A DNA stretch of 64,000 bases, taken from NCBI RefSeq assembly GCF_009914755.1, contig NC_060938.1; one strand, given 5' to 3'. Below are positions 1-12,255 of this stretch, piece after piece; position 1 is the stretch's first letter; every line of letters begins with the position of its first letter. The notes below the pieces were generated by a model. It was given only the letters and a program-made list of their open reading frames with translations, did no database searches and had not been told where the DNA came from. A program made the position numbers and the translations under genes. The DNA comes from the human T2T-CHM13v2.0 reference genome, Homo sapiens.

Positions 1-126
1 TACAGATGAAGAAGTTGAGGGACAGAGATATAAAGTAACTTGGTCATTGTCATGTACACAAGGAGTAGTGGCTCCAGAACTTGAATCCAGGTAGTCTTTC
101 TCCGGAACTCATACTCCTAACCACTA
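1..126 (-). mobile_element. MIR SINE fragment
   Basis: tacagatgaagaagttgagg...aagtaacttg...gaatccagg...ctaaccacta is the reverse complement of the MIR core. Confidence 0.75.
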
Positions 127-242
127 AATGTTTCTCAGTAGGTTATCTATTTTTGTTCCCATATCAGGCAGTTTATTAATAGCTTACATCAATATGTATA
201 CTGTTGTAAGTACTATTTTATCACATTTAGAGAGCTATTTTC

Positions 243-608
<366 letters not shown>

Positions 609-862
609 TTATTTGTATTCGGGATTGGAGCAAGAGGTAAAGGAATTAAGAAATAGCTGTACTGTTTAGCTGGAAACCAACAACCCAATTTTGTTGCTGT
701 GAAAGTTGACTACTTTCTATGCTATAAATTATTTTGGAAAATAGTTTGAATTATTTATGGATTATTATTTTGGAAAATAGTCTACTTTAACAGAAAGTAT
801 ACAGTGGTTAAGCTTGGAAACTTTAGAACACTTTCTTTTAATGGGGTAAGGGAGAAGGAAAA

Positions 863-1162
863 TTTTTTTTGTTTTGTTTTTGAAATGGAATCTCACTCTG
901 TTGCACAGGCTGGAGTGCACTGGCATGATCTTGGCTCACTGCAACCTCTGCCTTCTGTGTTCAAGTGATTTCCCTGCCTCAGCCTCCTGAGTAGCTGGGA
1001 TTACAGGCACCTGCCACCACACTGGGCTAATTTTTGTATTTTAAATAGAGATGGGTTTTACAATGTTGGCCAGGCTGGTCTCAAACTCCTGACCTCAAGT
1101 GATCCACCTGCGTAGGCCTCCCAAAATGTTGGGATTATAGGCATGAGCCACCACACCTGGCC
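863..1162 (-). mobile_element. Alu (AluS)
   Basis: Reverse-complement Alu with T-rich tail; TSD ggagaaggaaaatttt on both sides (851.., 1164..). Confidence 0.95.
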
Positions 1163-1356
1163 AGGAGAAGGAAAATTTTCATTAGTTCCTGGTCAGAACA
1201 TGGTACTTAGAAAGGATATGGAGGAAACAGTGGAGGTATTGGTCCACTCAGCTATACGTTGAAGACCTGCCAGGATCCCCTAGATTCAAGTCTTATCACT
1301 TGCTAGGTATTTGGTAATGTGCAAAGGAGAGAGAGAGAACTTGCCTTGTAGAACCT

Positions 1357-1511
1357 TGTTAGTCCAAGTGTGGCCCAGCAGTACTGACATCAGTAGGGAG
1401 CTCATTAGAAATGCAGAATCTCAGTCCCCACCTAGACCTATTAAATCAGAACCTTCATTTTGACAAGATCCCCGGAGGATTCATTTGCCTATTAAAGTTT
1501 GATAAACATTG
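1357..1511. mobile_element. MER5A-like hAT-Charlie MITE
   Basis: ttagaaatgcagaatctcagtccccacctagacctattaaatcagaa...aaagtttga matches MER5A. Confidence 0.75.
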
Positions 1512-1524
1512 TAATGGAAGGAAG

Positions 1525-2034
1525 TGTAAACCAAAGATAAAATTCTAAGGTTCCCCTAACCATCTGAATGGACCCCTTCTCTCTGCCAAGGGCATTCCAG
1601 AGTTAACCTGAAAAACTAGTTTATGATGGAAGAGGGGGTCAGACCTGCCTCTTTATACCCTTCAGCATTAACATCAACACAGACCTTAAGTCTGATAAGA
1701 AACACTTATAGTCTGTTCTCACTCAGACATTCTTTTCTATTGATAATAACTCTTTCAACTAATTGCCAATCAGAAAAATTTTAAATCTACCTATGACCTG
1801 GAAGCCCCCACTTCTAGTTGTCTCACCCTTCCAGATCAAACTGGTGTAAATCTTCCATGTATTACTTGATGTTTTGATGTCTCCCTAAAATGTATAAAAG
1901 CAAGCTATACCTCAACCACCTTGGAAACATGTTGTCAGGAACTTCTGAGGCTGTGTCCCAGGTGTGTCCTTAACTTTTGCAAAATGAACTTTCTAAATTA
2001 ATTGAGACCTGTCTCAGATACTTTTGGGTTCACA
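1525..2034 (+). mobile_element. Solo LTR, MER4 group (ERV1)
   Basis: TG...CA termini (tgtaaaccaaagataaaattctaagg ... tgggttcaca); 4-bp TSD gaag/ggag. Confidence 0.8.
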
Positions 2035-2090
2035 GGAGGATACACTTTTTAGGTTTCTGTTCTGTTTTGAAGGACAAGAAATGACCTCAA

Positions 2091-2129
2091 GTACCCTAAA
2101 ACTTAAAGTATAATAATAATAATAAAAAA
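2091..2129 (+). mobile_element. Ultra-short L1PA 3' terminus
   Basis: gtaccctaaaacttaaagtataataataat..aaaaaa is the extreme 3' end of primate L1PA. Confidence 0.7.
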
Positions 2130-2243
2130 GAATCTTTGGCATAAATCTCATCTCTTTAAGAGCCTTCTATCTAGCTGAGTGATTTTATTTTCATGCAAAA
2201 GTTCTCTTTTTCTTTTGCAAATAATAGTGATACCTGAGATGAT

Positions 2244-2460
2244 AACAATAATAGCTAAGATTGACTGAGTATGTACTATGTGCCAGCCACTGCCCTAAGT
2301 GTTTTATGATTGTTATCTCATTTAATCTTCACAGTTAACCAATTTAACTGATATTTTTACTTATCTCCAGCTTGCAGATGAGGAAACAGAGGTATAAACG
2401 ATTAAATAACTTACCCAAGATCATACTGCTAGCAGAATCCAAACCCAAATTTGACTCTTA
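2244..2460 (-). mobile_element. MIR
   Basis: ctatgtgccagccactgccctaagtg...cagatgaggaaacagagg...ttacccaagatc. Confidence 0.8.
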
Positions 2461-4459
2461 GACCCAAGTGGCATTATTTGCAGACTGAACTGTTTCTCAG
2501 CTATTAAGACCTACCCTACTGTTCCTGTAGTGACTTAATTTCTTATCTGATCCTCTCATTAAATAGGAAAATGTAGAGAGATACTGTATGGACCCTAATA
2601 CATTTAGAATTCTTCAAAGCTTCTAAGCAGTATCAGAATGCTACCATCAAACTCTTCAAAAAATGTCTCATTCATAAGCAATTGGCATATTTGTGGATAC
2701 ACACTGTATTGTAGAACATATTTCAAAAAAGAAAAATCAGTGGGGATTTACAACACCATACATTAGGACACATTTTTTTTTTCAACATTGGAAGGTGCTA
2801 CTTTTTAATTTCTTTGATATAATTTGGACCTCTGAACTATAGCAGTACTATCCTGGTGTGCTAATGGAGGCTTCTGGGGGAGTAGGCTAAGACCTCAACA
2901 GGTAACAGAAGAATCATTTCAAATGAAACATATTATACCTCCTGCTAGCAGGTCTCACCTGTTAACCTCAGAGTATGGTGCTGTTGAGTCTTTGAAGGGA
3001 AGGCCTCCTAGGGGATGCCACCTAATTCATCCTAGGGAGACTAAGATGGAAAATGTTTCCCAAATGGCTCTCTGTGTGTTCTTTGACCTGAAGCTTCAGC
3101 CCCGGATGAGTGAGTGTTTTCCAAATTGTTGTTTTGGTTCAGTGAAAGATGTTTCTAATGCTCTTCAAATAGTAGAACTTTTTGTTATTGTTGTTCAAGT
3201 CAAGGCAAGGGCAACAATTCTTTAGCAGCTGTATTCCTTTTCTTATTTTATTACAATTCTCCTTTATATATTCAGTGTTTCATCATATGCTTTTTACTCA
3301 TAAGGTTGTAACTCAATTAAAGCATTCAAGCATTTTAGCCTTGTGCGTTAAAGACTATCATCATCAATAAATTCAAATGGGGCTAACCTTGGAGTGACAT
3401 CTTCATTTCTATGATAATATACAATCTGCAGATCTTTTCATATCATTGGTCACAGCTTGATCATACTCTCATAAGTAAAGACCTTGGAACTTTAAATAAG
3501 TTACTTCTTCATTTTTAGCCAGTTGGATTCATTTATTTATAAATGCTTATTTCAGTCATTTCACTGAGCTCAAGCTGTTGATTGATGTTTCATGTGACCA
3601 TTTTCCTTTTCAAAACACAGGAATATAGCTGGGACATAACTTTCCAATAGCCATTTAATATGAAAACCTATTTTGTGTATGGTTCTTTCTGTAATCACTT
3701 GTGCATGACTGAGCTTAAATGGTTTGCAGACCTTGCTGATGGATTACAGAACAAGCAATGAACTTGCAATTTTTTCTTAAGGGATTAGATGATTTTGCAC
3801 TGTGGTGAACTGTGCATTTTGCCTCGCATTTCACTCTTGCTTAGGTGCTGTTTGGTGATTAATTTTATGAGATATGATGAGAAATACCCTAGATGAGCTG
3901 CACAAGGCAGATGGTGCCTTCTGATAAAAATTACATTCTTGTCCAGTAGTGATAGGCATGGGATAGAAGATGATGATCTGTTTGTATGCATTTCCAAAAG
4001 GAAGGCTGAAGAACTCAGTTAAGGAATAAATAGTTCAAGGCCCTTTTACCCTTTACTACTTGCAGGCCTATGGAACCATATAGAGAACCCCAGGTTGCCA
4101 TTGATGCTCACTAGCCAACCTATGGCCAACTCTCAGCTTGCAACATTTGTTTCACCAACTTGTTGTATTATAGCATTTTGTTTTATGTTTGTTGACTGAT
4201 ATAATAGGGCAGAAATACTGCTAGAAGTTTGTCTAGCACAATAATTGATCAAGTAATTAATCAAATATATTTTATTTGATTTTATTCCAAAGAGCCGCCT
4301 AGTCTTTGAATTCAACAGTGTTTTTAGCTTTTAAAAATGTGTTAGAAAAAGGGTAATAAATGGAAACAGAGACTATCACTGTAATAAGCGATAAGCAGAA
4401 TTAGCTTTTTCATTTTTTTTTTTAGTGGAGATAATGTATTCACAGGTTTCAGAGTATGG

Positions 4460-4626
4460 CTACTTGCTGTGAAAGCTGAGGCAAGTCACAAGATTTTGCA
4501 AAGCCCTTGCAAAATGGAGATAATGATGCACCCGCCTTTTAAGCTTGTGGAACTTGTGAGATTTGAATGAAATGATCCATGTATATTGCTAAACATAGTA
4601 CGTAGTAAGTTTTCTAGAAATGTTGG
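4460..4626 (+). mobile_element. MIR, interrupted at its 3' end by a MaLR LTR
   Basis: ggcaagtcac...aaaatggagataatg...gtgagatttgaatga; resumes ttactattat after 5020. Confidence 0.6.
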
Positions 4627-5015
4627 TGTCTTCATCTGTTTTGTGTTGCTATTACAGAATACCAATACAGAATACCACAGACTAGGTAATTTATAAACAA
4701 TAGAAGTTTATTTGCTTCATGGTTCTGGGAACTGGAAAGTCCAAGAATATGACATCAGCACCTGGTGACAGCCTTCATGCTATGTCATCCTATGGGGGAA
4801 GGCAGAAGGGCAGAGACCATGAGAGCAAGAGAGAATAAGGAAGCTGAACAAACTTTTATAGTAACCTGCTACCATGATAACAACAGTAATTAATTCATGA
4901 GGGCAGAACCCTCATGATCTAATCACCTATTATTAGGCCCCACCTCCTAACACTGTTGCACTGGGAATTAAATTTCCAACACATGAACTTTGGGGGACAC
5001 ATTCAAATCATAGAA
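4627..5015 (-). mobile_element. MaLR solo LTR (MST/MLT1A-type)
   Basis: ...acatgaactttgggggacacattcaaatcatag end; 5-bp TSD gttgg at 4622-4626 and 5016-5020. Confidence 0.85.
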
Positions 5016-5514
5016 GTTGGTTACTATTATATATCTTTGAAGCCATGCCAAGCATACTCTGTTTAGACTTATTTTCCCAGTTTATAAGTGAAGAAACAGA
5101 CATGTAAAAAAGTTAAGCAAAATTTACAGTCACAGCTAATGGGCTCAGGCTGTCTCATATCAAAACTGTAACTATAATTTTGTGTTTAATGCTGAACATA
5201 ATTTTAAGCATTTTTTCTCCATAATTTTATCAGGAAACTGAAAATAAGAGATTTTATGTAATATACAAAAGAACCCCAGGTTACTAAGTCACAAATCTGG
5301 GATTTGAATGTTATTCTGCCTGGATTCCAGATGTTCCTTGCTCATCACCCTGCTCTCTGAACATCACATGGGATTGTAGTATTTGAGGAAAGGGCTTATA
5401 CATCTAGCAACATTTTTCCATTAATTTCCTATTCTTTTTATATTCTCTATATTCACTAAATATTTCAGTGATGGTTGAAAGGAACAAACTTTAAAATACA
5501 TAGGAAAAAATACT

Positions 5515-6025
5515 AATAAGATACTACCTCAAAATTACCAGAATAGCTACAACTGGAAAGACTGACAACACCAAATGCTGGCAAGGATTTGGAGTAACCA
5601 AAACTCTAATACTTTTTTGGCGAGAGTGGAAATGGTACAACCACTTTGGAAAAGGTCTGACAATTTCTTTTTAAAGGTAAACATACACCTCTACTATGAC
5701 CTGGCAATTCCACTTCTAGGTGTTTACCCAAGAGAAATGAAAACTTATGTCCACAAAAAGACTTTGCATAAATGTTTATAGCAGTCCTGTTTACAATGTC
5801 CAAAAACTGGAAAAAATACAGATGTTTATCAATCAAGAAAATAGATAAACTGATGTATAGTCATATGATAGATTACTACTTAGCAATAAAAAGGAACAAG
5901 CTACTGCAACATGCATGAACCTCAAAAACATTATGCTAAGTGAAAGAATTACACAAGGGAGTACATACTGTTTGAGTACATTATGATAATTATGGTCTAG
6001 GACAAGCAACATTAATCTGTGGTAG
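5515..6025 (+). mobile_element. Old L1M ORF2-end/3'UTR fragment
   Basis: gactgacaacaccaaatgctggcaagg...ggtacaaccactttggaaaa...gcaattccacttctagg...ttatgctaagtgaaaga. Confidence 0.85.
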
Positions 6026-6029
6026 TGCT

Positions 6030-6769
6030 TCCCTCCCTAAACACAGTGACCTGCTCCTTATGGGCGGTAATAAGAGACCTGCACATGTTTAAGGAAACAC
6101 TATGGCTCATGTAATTCTCAGACAATTGTGGAGATCTCTTAAATGAAACTACCCTTAGTTACTTTAGACAGCTTTGTGGAGGAACAACTGACATTATTTA
6201 TGTCCCTACTGTGGGTGGTTTTACCTGCAACATGGGTTATCCACTTAAAAAAAACTGATAATAAATTTGTCTCTGACATTAGCTAAAGTGATCAATAACA
6301 ACATCTTGGTTCTATAAGCCATTCAAACCAGCTTGAACTCACTGGCCTGGGTTATTTTGTTATCTGTATTCATTAAATATTCCAGTGATGGTTGAAAGAA
6401 ACATACTTCCACAAGAGATGTTTTGGATGATAAAAGTTTACTTGGCTTCTTCCTTGTGGGCCAAGGCAGAGTTTGTGCAATCACTAATACATCCTGCTGT
6501 ATATGAATGAATGCCTTGAGGCAAGCAGAAAGATCAATGCAGAGACCTAAGGAGAAAGCCATCTGGTGGTTTATCAGACTTGTTCAGCTGACTGTGTCTG
6601 GGACCGTGAGCAGGGCATGGTTGAGATAATACTGCTTACAGTTCTATTGATAGTACCTATAATTAAATGCTATATTAGGCAAATTGAATGGATTACGTCC
6701 CAACATGAGTTAGTCACTGAGAGAATGGTGTATGCGTGGTACAATTCACGAGATGCCAAGGTGGTGTAG
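6030..6769 (+). pseudogene. Endogenous retrovirus env (TM subunit) remnant
   Basis: Hand translation: IINLSLTLAKVINNNILVL*AIQTSLNSLAWVIL/[66-bp insert]/DDKSLLGFFLVGQGRVCAITNTSCC (ISD-like segment + CX6CC at 6474-6500), then hydrophobic anchor IILLTVLLIVPIIKC; stops and frameshifts present; left boundary approximate. Confidence 0.8.
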
Positions 6770-6786
6770 AAATGAGGTATGGAGAT

Positions 6787-6953
6787 TGTTGTGAGACAGT
6801 TCTCCATGTGTCTCTTGCTTTTCTGCATGTATTAAGAGTGATGCTCTTCGTTCTGAAAGTTCCTTAGTTACAGATGTTTCTTTGTTCAAGATCATCTTTT
6901 CAAGGGTGTAAGCAGGCATGGTCACTGCCCATTATAAAAGATTCAGTTTCCCC
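6787..6953 (+). mobile_element. 5' part of an LTR40-like (ERVL-class) LTR, positioned as the 3' LTR
   Basis: Begins tgttgtgagacagttctccatg after a purine-rich tract; homologous to the reverse complement of 7305-7750 (e.g. ctgcccattataaaagattcag). Confidence 0.7.
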
Positions 6954-7304
6954 ATGGAACCAGGATGAATATTGACACTAGTTGTTGCAAGAGGGAAGAA
7001 CAGAGGCTGATTGATTGGCAAGGAAGTCATCCTACACAAAGGAGAGTCAGCAACAACTGATTTTGTCTTTGAATCCACTTTCTAGTAGTAGGCCTGTAAT
7101 CACCTTCCCATTTTTTTCTCTCTTTACTGAAAAAATGCACTGGGGGACTATTTGTTATCCATAGACCATACCGTTTGATTAACATGTTTACTACCAGTTC
7201 TCATAGACTTTTCTCAGACTTTTCTCATATTTTGTTAAATGTCCTCATCTTTCCTCTTGCAGAAACCCATATATTTTCCAGCACTCCATCCTCACTGTCA
7301 AAAC

Positions 7305-7750
7305 TGTCAAGAACATAAAGGGTCTGAGATTGTGCCCTACTTGCAAGGCAACAAGTTAACCTGGCATAGTTTCATGTATGCTGGTAGAAGCTATGAGGCT
7401 CCTGATTCAGAGGTAAAGAACTGCTTATATTGTTTATTTCTCACAGTAATAGCAGTAACCAGAATATGAGCCCGTTTTCCAATTTTCATAGAGAAGAGGG
7501 CTGGATGGTGCCTCAATAATTCAGTAGTTTGCATTTTAGGAGAGAAACCCTGAACTTAAGGTGCCTGAATCTCTATAATGGGCAGAGTTAGCATGTTTGC
7601 CCTTTACTCCAGAGGGAGATGCTTTCTGTCTTCCAAGGCTGTTCACAATACAAATATCCTAAAAAATATAGTCCAGAATAAAGAGTAGTTAGTACGTAGC
7701 TCACAATCATATGTGTGGAAATGCGAGACACCCATGAAGAATTGTCTCCA
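7305..7750 (-). mobile_element. LTR40-like LTR, near full length, positioned as the 5' LTR
   Basis: Minus strand ends ...gttcttgaca and is followed by PBS-like tgacagtgaggatggagt (7283-7300). Confidence 0.75.
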
Positions 7751-9592
7751 TGGATGTCTCATCCTATACATGGCTTCACATTCCATGACCTGCTCACAGC
7801 AGTGCCCTTCATTTTCATTTTTGTTTTACCTTCCTCCTCCTCCTCATCACTCTCTGCTTGACCTTGCCCTCATCTAGAAGTGCTCTTTGTATAAAATCTT
7901 CAAACTCTGAAATGTCAAACTCTGACCCAAATATTGTACCTTTCTTTCTTCCTCACGGAGACTAAATAATCTTTGAAATTAAGTCTGACTTGAACCTCAA
8001 ACACCTTACTTTCCTGGCCTATCTTTCCTTCCTGGCTTCACTCCCTTCCCTGTCAGGCTAAGGCCCAGCCACTTTCTCCTCACCAGTGTCAATGCCTTTG
8101 CCCCTATTCCTTCTGTTATACTTGCTTGACACTCGTAACTCTGGATTATCTACTACTTGTTTTCTCTCTTCCTGTTAGCAGGCTTTCTAACAAATGTGGA
8201 GAACATCGAATGACCTTGTTGATGAAAACATTAAAAATGATGATTTCCAATTTTAGTAGCTTCAGGCCATCTCCCTAGTTCAGACTTCTTACTTGTAAAA
8301 TATTTTGGAGAGGTGGCAAGCACCACAGCAATGAAAACTGAAATAGGCCTCAGATAATGGTCACAATAAAATGTTTATTATAATGCTAGCAGTAAATATA
8401 AGAGGCACTTTTCTGTCTAACATCTACCTGGGTAATGGGCCAAAAGCATTTTAAGTTTACAAAGTGAAAACAATTAATACTTTCTCAAAGCTAGATTAAA
8501 ACAGAACCTAAAATTACATACTCGATGGATCTATATTGTGGTTATCTTTACTGAATCTCAGTTCAAGTTCAGGGATGTAACTTTGCAAGGTGACTTATGA
8601 CTGTTCCTGTTTTTCATTTTGTTATTTTCCATTAGACAGCTAAACATATTACTAAGTGTCAAAAGCTTTTGCCATGAAGGTAGGTGAAGAAAATATGAGA
8701 GTGAATACTCCGATGATGGTTTTAGTTTATGATGCATTTCAAGCTGTGCCTTTTCAACAGTTAAATACTTCAGCACTTTTAGTGGGATGAACCATCACGT
8801 ATTTAAAAAACTTAAGCACTTTTGTTTCAAAGAGAAGAGTCAAGTTTAATGTCAATTGGTGAAAGCATAGAGTATGATGGGTTTTAGGAGGGAAACCTGA
8901 AATTGTACAATGTATAAGCATTTTGACATTCTTACTTTATGATCCCTTCCTCAGGGCAGTTCTCATTCAAAATCAAATTTGTGCTGACACTATCAGGCTT
9001 CTGATATTTATATTCATGATAATAAATTAGGAAAAAATTAAAAGGTAATAAAGTAGATACTGTTTCAAATGAGGGCAAAAATGAGAGGAAGTCATCAATT
9101 GGCAGGAACATGAGGAAGTCTGTATTATTAATGCATAAGAATGAAACGAAAAATGGGCATATTAGGGAGGTTTCTTTTTGTTTGCAAGTTTTATTGAAAT
9201 TTAGAAAGTTCAGTTGTTTTTTTTTTTATTATTTTTCACAAAAGCAATGTCAAAAATGGTAGATCTTAGTCTTGGAAACAAAAGCCTATTTAACTTGCTG
9301 AGAATCTGATGCAGGTACTACACTATTATCAATATGATGATAGACCTTAAAATAATTCCATAGCGGGGAGAGTTTTAGACTTGATTTCTATTTCTGGCTC
9401 CTCTATTAATTTAGACTAGCTGCTTAATCTCTTTAGGTCTTCGTAAAATAAATGAGTGTATTAGATAATCTTTAAACTCACTTCTAGTTTAAAATTCTTT
9501 TGTATTCCTCTATTTCCTATTTCCTTCCTTTTTAGAAACATAAAGTCCTTGCAGAATTTTTTGGAGGCAATTCTTTTGTCTTCACCCTGGCA

Positions 9593-9596
9593 TCTC

Positions 9597-9667
<71 letters not shown>

Positions 9668-9696
9668 GTCTGTCTCTCTCTGTCTCTCTTTCTCTC
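9593..9696. repeat. (CT)n/(TCTG) microsatellite
   Basis: Directly visible. Confidence 0.95.
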
Positions 9697-10099
9697 ATCA
9701 GATAAAGCATAGGTCTGCATTTTTGGGACTATTATGTATCTGGGTGGTTGTCATCTTCTTTATGCTTTTGAAATAATGTCAATGCTGTGTTTGTGCTCAG
9801 TTTCTTTTGATAAAGATAAAAGCAGATTGCAGGATGCTGTGATCATCTCACTGACAGTCCCTTGGGTATTTATTTTTTAAAACAGCAATTTATTTTAGAA
9901 AAGCTCAATGATTTAATGTACATTAATTCACTGATGTTCACATGGGCCTGTCTAGGGAGTGGGAAGGGCTGGTATTTTACGATTATGTGCTCTTACAGAC
10001 AGGCACAGAGGAGCCCCTGAAATGCAGTGGAATGAATATAATCTGACTAAAAGGTATCTCAAATTTTAACCCCATCTGCTATGGGAAAAGAACACCCAG

Positions 10100-10192
10100 T
10101 GCATGGCTTCACACAGCACTTAGCACATTGCATTGCATTTACTTATTTATGGGTCTTTTTTACCCACTAGACTGTGAGCTTTTCAAGGACAC
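10100..10192 (+). mobile_element. L2 3' fragment
   Basis: cagcacttagcaca...cccactagactgtgagcttttcaagg. Confidence 0.6.
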
Positions 10193-10609
10193 TGCGTAAC
10201 ACATAATGAGCCCCGCGTTGTTTTATCCTGAAATGACATGGAACTTAGTCAGTGTAACACAGGTTCGTTATTGCATCGGGCCCATTTTTGCAGCAGTTTT
10301 GCCAGATTCTAGGTGTTTGCCAGGTATAGATTTTGGGGACTCCCTTCCGCAAATCCCTAAATTTCAAAGCCTAGGAATATTTGCACAAGTAATCAACTTT
10401 GTATATAATCACATTTCTGTATATCTTGCTTTACATTAGCCATTTTTAAAAGTTTGATTAAATAAAGCTTTCTCTCTTACTTGATGCCTGTTTTCCCCCA
10501 AAGTCACAAAATCTTACCACATTATGGAAGTGACTACAAGTAGGAAAAAAAAAATGTCAAGTTGAGATGTGGATTGTATACATCAAATTTTAAAATTCCT
10601 ATGATGATG

Positions 10610-10832
10610 ATGATAATGGTTGATTTGGAAATGTGTGCTGTTTCCTTTTTGCCAGGCACTCATGTGTTTTATATGTATTTATTTACTTCTCAAAATAATA
10701 CAGTAAGGTAGGTATCATTCTCATAATGAATTGAGAAATCGAGATTTAATGACTTTGTCTAAAATCAACTGCTAGTTAGAGAGAGCAGGCCTCACATCTG
10801 TATTTTTCTTTTAGAGTCTATACTCTTAACTT
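10610..10832 (-). mobile_element. MIR
   Basis: gccaggcact...gtaaggtaggtatcattctc...tctatactcttaac. Confidence 0.6.
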
Positions 10833-11174
10833 TCTCTTAGACAAATTAATTTCAATATTTCACTTTAAACCATTTGCAAGGAAATCAAAATTTTAACAGA
10901 CATCTGAAGATTTATTGCTGAATCCTTTCATGGAACCCCTAATAAGTAAGCCAAAGTCTAGTTGTAGATTGTCATTTCTAAATAGGTACCACCAATAACT
11001 TATTGTAGATTTTTTTGTATTTGAAATTTAAATGTGTGCAATTTTTATGATTCGCATGTATATTAATAATTTATTCATATGTAATTATCATTTGGTTGAG
11101 GAAAGAATTAGAATTCCATGTGCTTTGATGCAGTATGTGGAAAGAAGTTAATTGCATAGTAAATATTTGCTGTT

Positions 11175-12255
11175 TTGGTTGCTGGGCTTTTGATTCTTCT
11201 TCCTTTTGGTAAGAACTCTGATTGGGTTTTAGGCAACCACTCCTGCCCCATTGTCAGCCCCGGAAGTTTCAGTGAAGCAGCTCAGCATTCCCTTCTTCCA
11301 CAGGCAGAACATGAAGCTAAGATTATTCCAATCAGTCATTTCTTTTCTTTTCCCCTGGTTATAGTTATTGGTTCAGAGATAGGCACTGCAACACTGACTA
11401 GTTGTCTTCACAGCTAAACTAAACATTTAAGCTCACTTCCATACATCATCCTTGATACCACTGTACAAGGAAGGTCATAGGAGAGAAAACACAGCTTTCC
11501 AGTAGAATGGAATTAGACATTATTTCTTGCAAGAGTCCTTGCAGCAGTCCAGCCTAGCAATAAAGCTAAGGTACAAAAAAACATAATCTGCGTTGCACAG
11601 GTGAGGAAATCATCATCTCCAATAACCAATATCATTTGTAACAGATCTTTAGGCTTAACTTGAAGGGTCTCTGTGAGAAACGTCATTTGGAAGAGTCACT
11701 GAACTCAAGGAAGTCCAAACCATGGCAGCCCCATCAGTTGTTTAGTTGATTTATAGTTCCTCCAAGTCCAGATGCAATTTACTAATCAAGGGTCCTATTT
11801 TAGGTAAGCAATTTATGGTAAGCAATATTATCTAGTGATATCCTGACTCTTGACTCTTATCAGATGGCCAGAGGAGCAGAGCTAAATGGTTGAACAAAGG
11901 TCAGATTCTCATGCAGCAGGGAAAATGGTTCTGTTAACCCTTTATCTATAGATACTAAATTCTAAGACTTTAAAAGCATGTTATTAGGGAAGCAGGTTCT
12001 TTTTTTTGCCACTAGATTTTAAGCTTGAAAGGAGATAGCTAAGTGAACTGCTGTGGCCACATTACTACCATGAGTGGAGAGGCTGTGTGAGAATGGACCT
12101 AATCCAGAGGAAGCAGAACTCAGCAAGATGGAAAGAGATACTTGGGACCTGGTGGTTTCAATAAGCCAGGACTAAAACCTTTTTATACAAGGATCTTTCA
12201 ATCATTTGAGTCAATTATTTCACTTTTGGCTTAAGCCACTGTGTGTTAGATGAAT
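11175..12255 (+). mobile_element. Old MLT1 (J/K/L-type) LTR split by ~580 bp of other sequence
   Basis: ggcaaccactcctgcccca...attggttcagagatagg (to ~11385); gaggaagcagaactc...ttggcttaagcca (11970-12255). Confidence 0.5.

Noticed and set aside
729-781. Short direct duplications (also at ~4648, 7205, 11803, 27872, 42150)
   Set aside because: Ordinary slippage-type microduplications with no further structure.
2923-3370. 100-aa and 62-aa ORFs in non-repeat DNA
   Set aside because: No recognisable homology or convincing exon structure; lengths expected by chance.
9532-9776. ERERER / SLSLSL ORFs
   Set aside because: Products of the (CT)n microsatellite.
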